From a virus (taxonomy: Duplodnaviria; Caudoviricetes): a stretch of DNA of 41,400 nucleotides. The first letter of the stretch is position 1. The number at the start of each line of letters is the position of its first letter. The DNA lies in IMG/VR virus record IMGVR_UViG_3300025033_000033, positions 1 through 41,400 of that record; one strand, 5' to 3'. Made by a program: the position numbers and the translations under genes. Positions 36,366 to 41,400 of this stretch are shown here, piece after piece. The notes under the pieces are model-generated. The model searched no databases, was not told where the DNA came from, and saw only the letters and a program-made list of their open reading frames with translations.

Positions 36366-36772
36366 TAGTTAATAGCCTCGGCAGCAACAATAACAGCTCC
36401 GCTAACAAGCGAGTCTGCTGTTTGTGTGGTGAAATCCCAGCCAACAGTAGGTGCATATAAATTACCTGACTCTATGTCCATGACTGAGTTTTGTATGAAA
36501 ATTATATTATCTTCTTTTAAGTTAAATCCGCCAATGTCAAGCATCATCCCAGCTAGTGTTTCTGTGCCAGACGGGTCTTCATTGATGAACTGACCATCGT
36601 ATTCTTGGTTTATAGAGACGTTCCAGTTACCTTTGAATAATCCTGTGTCTACTGGGCTATTTTTGACGACATACGCTGATGCGTATCCTGCCATCTTCTG
36701 AATGTCCGTTGATATTTCATCGAACAACTCATCAGCCAATAAATCATCGTCAAAGGACTCAACTTTAAACAT
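36365..36772 (-). CDS. HK97 gp10-like neck / tail completion protein
   Basis: SPVDTGLFKGNWNVS, IFIQN..YA; ATG 36772 overlaps the upstream stop. Confidence 0.75.
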   Translation of the reverse strand: MFKVESFDDDLLADELFDEISTDIQKMAGYASAYVVKNSPVDTGLFKGNWNVSINQEYDGQFINEDPSGTETLAGMMLDIGGFNLKEDNIIFIQNSVMDIESGNLYAPTVGWDFTTQTADSLVSGAVIVAAEAIN

Positions 36773-37152
36773 TATCGCCTCAGTAATAGATTCCAAGAAA
36801 CTTTGACTGGATCTGATGCAATGCCTTTACATGTGTATTCAAGGCCATCAAAGGTCACTGTCTGTTCTAATGGTGGTTTCTTTTCAAGCTCTTCTTGTCT
36901 TGCGATAACAACCACATCGCCAATCTGATATTGACTAAATACCTTATCCATTGGTCTTTCAGATTTTGATGGATTCGTTAATGCAGCAGAGCATGAATAG
37001 GTGTTCTCTGTTGTAATTCTAACGCCTGTCTCTCTGTCTATTGCGCCAGAGATTACTTCAGTCCAAGATAATTCATAGAATGCGTCTGCAAAAAATTCAC
37101 TGGCTTGAAAGCTTTTAAATAGCTCATTAAATATCTCATTTGCACCAGCCAT
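36772..37152 (-). CDS. Putative head-closure (stopper) protein
   Basis: D.ETG, GD, DP..VSW.L.LRR motifs; synteny. Confidence 0.65.
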   Translation of the reverse strand: MAGANEIFNELFKSFQASEFFADAFYELSWTEVISGAIDRETGVRITTENTYSCSAALTNPSKSERPMDKVFSQYQIGDVVVIARQEELEKKPPLEQTVTFDGLEYTCKGIASDPVKVSWNLLLRR

Positions 37153-37697
37153 TAACCTCTCCCGACAGTCATTGAGTATTTACCAGTCCCTGATGACACG
37201 TATGGCTCAAGAACGAGAGAAACTTCATCTTGAATTATTGAAGGCTTTGCACTTAGCTGTGCATTTGGAGAAAAGTATTCTTGATATCCAAGTCCATCCA
37301 TGCCCTGCTTTTTAACGCCGGTAACACTATTATCTGCAACTCGATTTGACTGCAAAACATACCAAGCTTGAAGTGCTGTTGCTTCTGCAATTTCTTTTGG
37401 GAAGATAGTGTAATCTGTTATCGATACTCCACGAGAATCGTACAAATAAAGCCTTGGGAAAAACAAAGAATAAGTTTCGTCGTACAACTCACCATTAAAT
37501 GATTTGCCGTAGACAAGATCAATCTGCTTGGTTGCAGTAATGACTGCTTTTGCTATTTCTTCATCGGTTATCGTGCCAATGATCTTGTATGGATCAGTAA
37601 GCCAAAATACTTTTGTATCTGCCACAGAAACATAAGAGTTAGCTGTTGCACCAACATCTGAAATAACATCGAACCCAGTAAAATTTTCTGTAGCCAT
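37152..37697 (-). CDS. Head-tail adaptor (DnaT-like family)
   Basis: ANSYVSVAD, AT..ID, L.FPR, L.PY motifs. Confidence 0.75.
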   Translation of the reverse strand: MATENFTGFDVISDVGATANSYVSVADTKVFWLTDPYKIIGTITDEEIAKAVITATKQIDLVYGKSFNGELYDETYSLFFPRLYLYDSRGVSITDYTIFPKEIAEATALQAWYVLQSNRVADNSVTGVKKQGMDGLGYQEYFSPNAQLSAKPSIIQDEVSLVLEPYVSSGTGKYSMTVGRG

Positions 37698-37723
37698 AAA
37701 AAAAGCCTATAAAAGTATAGGCT
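37698..37723 (-). terminator. Intrinsic terminator abutting the adaptor start codon
   Basis: AGCCTATA-cttt-TATAGGCT then TTTTTT then ATG. Confidence 0.65.
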
Positions 37724-37725
37724 CT

Positions 37726-37735
37726 ATTATATCAT
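37726..37735 (-). promoter_or_regulatory. Extended -10 promoter motif ATGATATAAT (adaptor gene)
   Basis: Exact motif immediately upstream of the hairpin. Confidence 0.65.
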
Positions 37736-37760
37736 TGATTAAAATTAAGATTTGATGAGA

Positions 37761-38084
37761 CTACTTTGTACCGGTAATTTTAAGTTTATAATGCGTAGCA
37801 CCGACAATGCCTGCTGGTGTTACAGTTACTGTTTTAATAGGCCCAGCAGCACTCGCATAGTCACCTAGAGATGTACTGTCTATTGATCCATTAGTGAAGT
37901 CACTATCATCACCTGCACCATCAATTCGACCAGTCACTGTTAGAGTTCCAGCAGATGGCGTCACTTCTGTGATGTATTGATCAGAGTAATAGGTTGCTGC
38001 CGCAGTCCAATTAGAGAACTCCTTATCAACACTGATTGTCTGTGCAGATCCAACAACTCCCATCACTGTATATGTTCTTGCCAT
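37761..38084 (-). CDS. Hypothetical beta-rich (probably virion) protein
   Basis: 107 aa Thr/Gly-rich; GAGG RBS. Confidence 0.7.
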   Translation of the reverse strand: MARTYTVMGVVGSAQTISVDKEFSNWTAAATYYSDQYITEVTPSAGTLTVTGRIDGAGDDSDFTNGSIDSTSLGDYASAAGPIKTVTVTPAGIVGATHYKLKITGTK

Positions 38085-38113
38085 GTTCTTGCCTCGAAAT
38101 TTTATTAGTTTGA

Positions 38114-38123
38114 ATTATATCAC
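38114..38123 (-). promoter_or_regulatory. Extended -10 promoter motif GTGATATAAT
   Basis: One-base variant; its TAA is the stop of the 668-aa gene. Confidence 0.55.
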
Positions 38124-40121
38124 ATTAGTTGGTCTTAAAGCGCCATAAGCTGGAACCAATACTTTAGGATCCTCTGGTTCATAACCGTAAGCTGGAGGCA
38201 GTGAATTAACAGCTCTCCAAACAATGCTAATCATCTGCGTGTTACTCGTTCCTGCTGCGTTGGTAGCCGTTACCGTGATAGTCTCTGTTTCTTCAGTATC
38301 GTTAGCAAGCCGTGTTAGTGCACCCGCATTACTTAGCGAGTAACTAGCTTGATCAGCGCCTCCAGTTATCGTCCAGCTCGTTGCAGCATCACCGCCTGCG
38401 ATTGTAAGTGTTCTGCTTAGTGCTTGTCCTACTTTTGCGTAGATTGTCTTTGTTGGTGCCAATACAGGCGCTAATTGCGCTCTAGTCGTTACGCTGAATG
38501 AATCGCCAGCTACACCACCTGATACAACTCCACCAAACGAAGCACTGGCTTGCAGTCTGACGTATATTGTAACACCGTTACCAGCGTTTACACTTGCGCC
38601 GAAACCTGATCCTGAGCTTAGCGATACTTCGGCGGTACCTGTTGCAGTCCAATCGATTGCAGTTGTGATTCCACTTGTAACGAATGATCTAGTCACATAA
38701 GCGCTAGGCTCAGCACCTGTTGTGTCAGCTCCTAAGTCTGGTACATCAGGCGTAACATCGTGATTAACTGTGACTGTTCGCGTTACTTGGTCAGCCGCAT
38801 TGCCTGCCGCATCACTTACGTTGTAGTATTTGTAATAAGTCCCTACTGTAGTGTCATCAACCGAACCAGTCACTACGATATTTGCAGTTATATCGCCGTC
38901 AACATTATCGCTAGCCGTTGCACCAGCATCGACCCAAGTATCACCGGCTGTAATTGTGTCTGTACCGCTAGTTAATGTTATTACTGGCTTGGTTACGTCT
39001 GGGCCAGTGTATGCACTTAGATTTAGTGTGTATGGATACCAGAAAACACCGCCACCCAATCCTCCAGCATCAAACTTGCCAATAACCAGGTCAACACTAG
39101 CGGCATCTGTGTAAAAATACCCATTTTCGAGAACTTCTGTGCCGCTAACTATTGGGTAGTAAACTAGGTCATTGTGATTTAATGATATGCCACTTATTTC
39201 ATCATTTAGCGTGCCAGCACCAGTGTCTGGGAACGTCAATTGGGTTAATGAATAGCCTGTTCTTGATCGTATTATTATATTACCAAAATCAAGCGTTCCT
39301 GCGTCGTACTCAACAGTTAGCGTCAAAGGGTAATTCAAATTAAATAAGTGCGATACGTCGGATAATGCTGTTAAGTCAGTTGGAACAACTAAATTTGGGA
39401 GCGTGCCGGTATATGGTACGCTTACACCATTAATATAAACAACGGGAGTTCCTGTCAATCCATCGCCAGTGTAAATATTTATTGATGTTCCTTCGTTAAC
39501 ATCGGTATCAGCACTTGGACTGCCACCGCCAACGACTGACCATATAGGGGTACCAGCACCAGCAAAGCTAGGATTATCACCATCAACAGTTTCGCTGATC
39601 GGTGGAGTAGCTGACTCACCGTCGAAACTAAAAATCATATTATTCGCGGTATTAACGTTGTCAATAAAGCTAAATGCGCTAACAGTCAGTCCACTGAACG
39701 TATTGAAGTTTTCACCCAAGTTACCAAAAAGCGGTACTGTGTGCCAAGTTGCTGCTGATGTTCCTACACCCTGAGATACGCCGTTTATGTACAGAGTAGG
39801 TATTGTTGCTGCTGCTAACTTCTCTATCTTGATCGTATTTACATCATCAAAAACAACATCAGATAGAAAACTACCCCACGAAACACTAGCAGCCGCTGCA
39901 TTCTGCATAGTGAATGATGTAGCACCTCTTGAAAAATAAATCCGATTAGCGCTTGCACCTTGAGCAATTGTGCCCATTAGTCGCTCATTTGATGTATCGC
40001 CACTTGGCATGTAAACGCTAAAATTAAGCTCCCAGTCACCTTGCGAGCTACCGTTTAGGGTGTTGACCAATGCGTTAGCAAAAACAATGCGGCAATTTGT
40101 GAGCGTTACTTGATTAGCCAT
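38115..40121 (-). CDS. Multi-domain protein with LamG-like, Ig-like (DUF5011-like) and cadherin-like domains; probable virion appendage
   Basis: DVTKPVITL...DAGATASDNVDGDIT...YNVSDAAGNAA.QVTRTVTV; W.ITGGAD, ITVTATNAAG. Confidence 0.75.
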   Translation of the reverse strand: MANQVTLTNCRIVFANALVNTLNGSSQGDWELNFSVYMPSGDTSNERLMGTIAQGASANRIYFSRGATSFTMQNAAAASVSWGSFLSDVVFDDVNTIKIEKLAAATIPTLYINGVSQGVGTSAATWHTVPLFGNLGENFNTFSGLTVSAFSFIDNVNTANNMIFSFDGESATPPISETVDGDNPSFAGAGTPIWSVVGGGSPSADTDVNEGTSINIYTGDGLTGTPVVYINGVSVPYTGTLPNLVVPTDLTALSDVSHLFNLNYPLTLTVEYDAGTLDFGNIIIRSRTGYSLTQLTFPDTGAGTLNDEISGISLNHNDLVYYPIVSGTEVLENGYFYTDAASVDLVIGKFDAGGLGGGVFWYPYTLNLSAYTGPDVTKPVITLTSGTDTITAGDTWVDAGATASDNVDGDITANIVVTGSVDDTTVGTYYKYYNVSDAAGNAADQVTRTVTVNHDVTPDVPDLGADTTGAEPSAYVTRSFVTSGITTAIDWTATGTAEVSLSSGSGFGASVNAGNGVTIYVRLQASASFGGVVSGGVAGDSFSVTTRAQLAPVLAPTKTIYAKVGQALSRTLTIAGGDAATSWTITGGADQASYSLSNAGALTRLANDTEETETITVTATNAAGTSNTQMISIVWRAVNSLPPAYGYEPEDPKVLVPAYGALRPTNVI

Positions 40122-40124
40122 TTA

Positions 40125-41400
40125 TTACACTCCATACTTAAGTAGGACGCGATCCTCAGCGCCATCATTATTCGGCCCAACTCTATCCAGCAAGAAGTAC
40201 CAATGTCCGCCAATCGGGTCAAAGCTTGCACCAATCATCATGCTATATCCTTCTGGTACATACTCAGCGTCAACAATCTCCATGAATGGCAGATTTAAAA
40301 CGCCAAAGTCATACGGTTCTATATCCCATGGATTTGTCGCAGCTAAAACGTCAGATTTTTTAAACAACCAGTAATAATTATATCGGTCTGATTTAACGAA
40401 AGGGGAGTCACCACCGCTCAATGGGTCGCCTGCGTCATTTGCAATTTTGTATTGCTCACCCCATCGCAAGCCATCATTTTTACCAACGCACATTATCGTA
40501 TCGGTGCTTGGCAAAAATGCCATCGACCTAATAGTTGTTGTCTTGTTATACACAGCATTAGTTATTGTTGCATGATCAACACCCATAATGTGAGTCGCAC
40601 CAGTAGGATCATATGGGTAATTCATAAATATACCCTGATCAGAAATAGCACCATTTAAACTTGGATTAGCTGTTAAATCAGTTAAATCTAGACCTCGACA
40701 ACTAGGCCCGATGCTCAGTGACCCATCAATAGAGTCGTTAGCTGCATAGCCATAGAAGTGTGCACAACCAAACGCCGCTTGATCTTCTGTTGGAATTGAG
40801 CCAATCCAACCCGCTGCGGATCTACCACCAGCCAAATCATACAAGCCATCAATTGAACTTGTTGAAATGCTTGTTTTGTCGTTAATAACAACCGTAGTTT
40901 CAGGTCTGTTTAAGTTGTCATACCAGTTGATTGCATTAACTATTAATTCTGAATCGGTACCGTTCGAGTAGATCCCAGTTATTCTGTCCAAATACGGAAA
41001 TCCAACAGCCTCATCTGATCCTAAAAACACGTTATAAAATGGCTGTGTGTTTGTTGCTACATTAAGCGCACTATGATCTGTAGAGTTAATAAATTCAGGT
41101 AATGAAAATTCACCGACCATCAATGCACCAGCACCTGAGCTAACCTGCGCGCCGGCTACAAAAATGGAATTCCTAGCATTATCATAATGGAAATAACAGT
41201 TAGAGTTGTACCTGATAGATCCATCATTAAATGTTCCATTTGGTATTCTACAAGCACCAACTAAGGATAACTCTTTAATATTCCATAAGTCAGCACCAAA
41301 GGGTCGATCTGCTGCTGGTCTTAGTGAAGATGGTGATCGGCCATCATATGTTGGGCTTGTTGATTGCTCTGTAAGTGACACTGATATAGCTGGATCTCCA
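40125..41400 (-). CDS. Large beta-rich (propeller-like) hypothetical protein, 5' end outside the window
   Basis: Frame stays open to the window edge (GDPAISVSLTEQ...), so GTG 41381 is probably not the start. Confidence 0.7.
   Translation of the reverse strand, partial: GDPAISVSLTEQSTSPTYDGRSPSSLRPAADRPFGADLWNIKELSLVGACRIPNGTFNDGSIRYNSNCYFHYDNARNSIFVAGAQVSSGAGALMVGEFSLPEFINSTDHSALNVATNTQPFYNVFLGSDEAVGFPYLDRITGIYSNGTDSELIVNAINWYDNLNRPETTVVINDKTSISTSSIDGLYDLAGGRSAAGWIGSIPTEDQAAFGCAHFYGYAANDSIDGSLSIGPSCRGLDLTDLTANPSLNGAISDQGIFMNYPYDPTGATHIMGVDHATITNAVYNKTTTIRSMAFLPSTDTIMCVGKNDGLRWGEQYKIANDAGDPLSGGDSPFVKSDRYNYYWLFKKSDVLAATNPWDIEPYDFGVLNLPFMEIVDAEYVPEGYSMMIGASFDPIGGHWYFLLDRVGPNNDGAEDRVLLKYGV

Noticed and set aside
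1-41400. tRNA, rRNA, integrase, terminase, portal or capsid genes
   Set aside because: None recognised by eye in this window; lifestyle and packaging mode cannot be determined from it

Overview
This window is a 41.4-kb segment of a tailed dsDNA phage with a siphovirus-type tail. The Vibrio/Haemophilus-type ThyA, sigma70 promoters and spanins point to a gammaproteobacterial host. Left arm (minus strand, 1-10.6 kb): nucleotide metabolism and host-takeover genes (YopX-like, class II ribonucleotide reductase, thioredoxin, HTH-metallophosphoesterase, ClpP-like protease, DnaN-like sliding clamp, PhoH, ThyA, RuvC-like resolvase). A symmetric AT-rich divergent intergenic region at 10.6-10.95 kb is a candidate origin. 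Middle (plus strand, 10.9-20.8 kb): replication and recombination genes (SLOG protein, primase-polymerase/helicase, Sak4-like ATPase, SSB, Cas4-like exonuclease, SF2 helicase). Right arm (minus strand, 20.8-41.4 kb): lysis cassette, tail fibre, tail tip, tape measure, frameshifted tail chaperones, tail tube, neck genes and two large Ig-like or propeller-like proteins. Main points not visible in the ORF track: (1) nrdJ is split by two group I introns (a 178-nt ORF-less one and a 745-nt one carrying a homing endonuclease) around a 65-nt micro-exon that encodes the catalytic residues. (2) A 1.2-kb cassette bounded by a 40-bp direct repeat encodes a putative DNA-modifying glycosyltransferase with a single in-frame TGA. 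(3) The phage beta-clamp gene is preceded by a protein ending in a clamp-binding-like motif. (4) A PagP-like beta-barrel gene sits on the opposite strand among the tail genes. (5) A recurring ATGATATAAT promoter motif often supplies the stop codon of the upstream gene. All product calls come from motif recognition by eye; no database searches were run.
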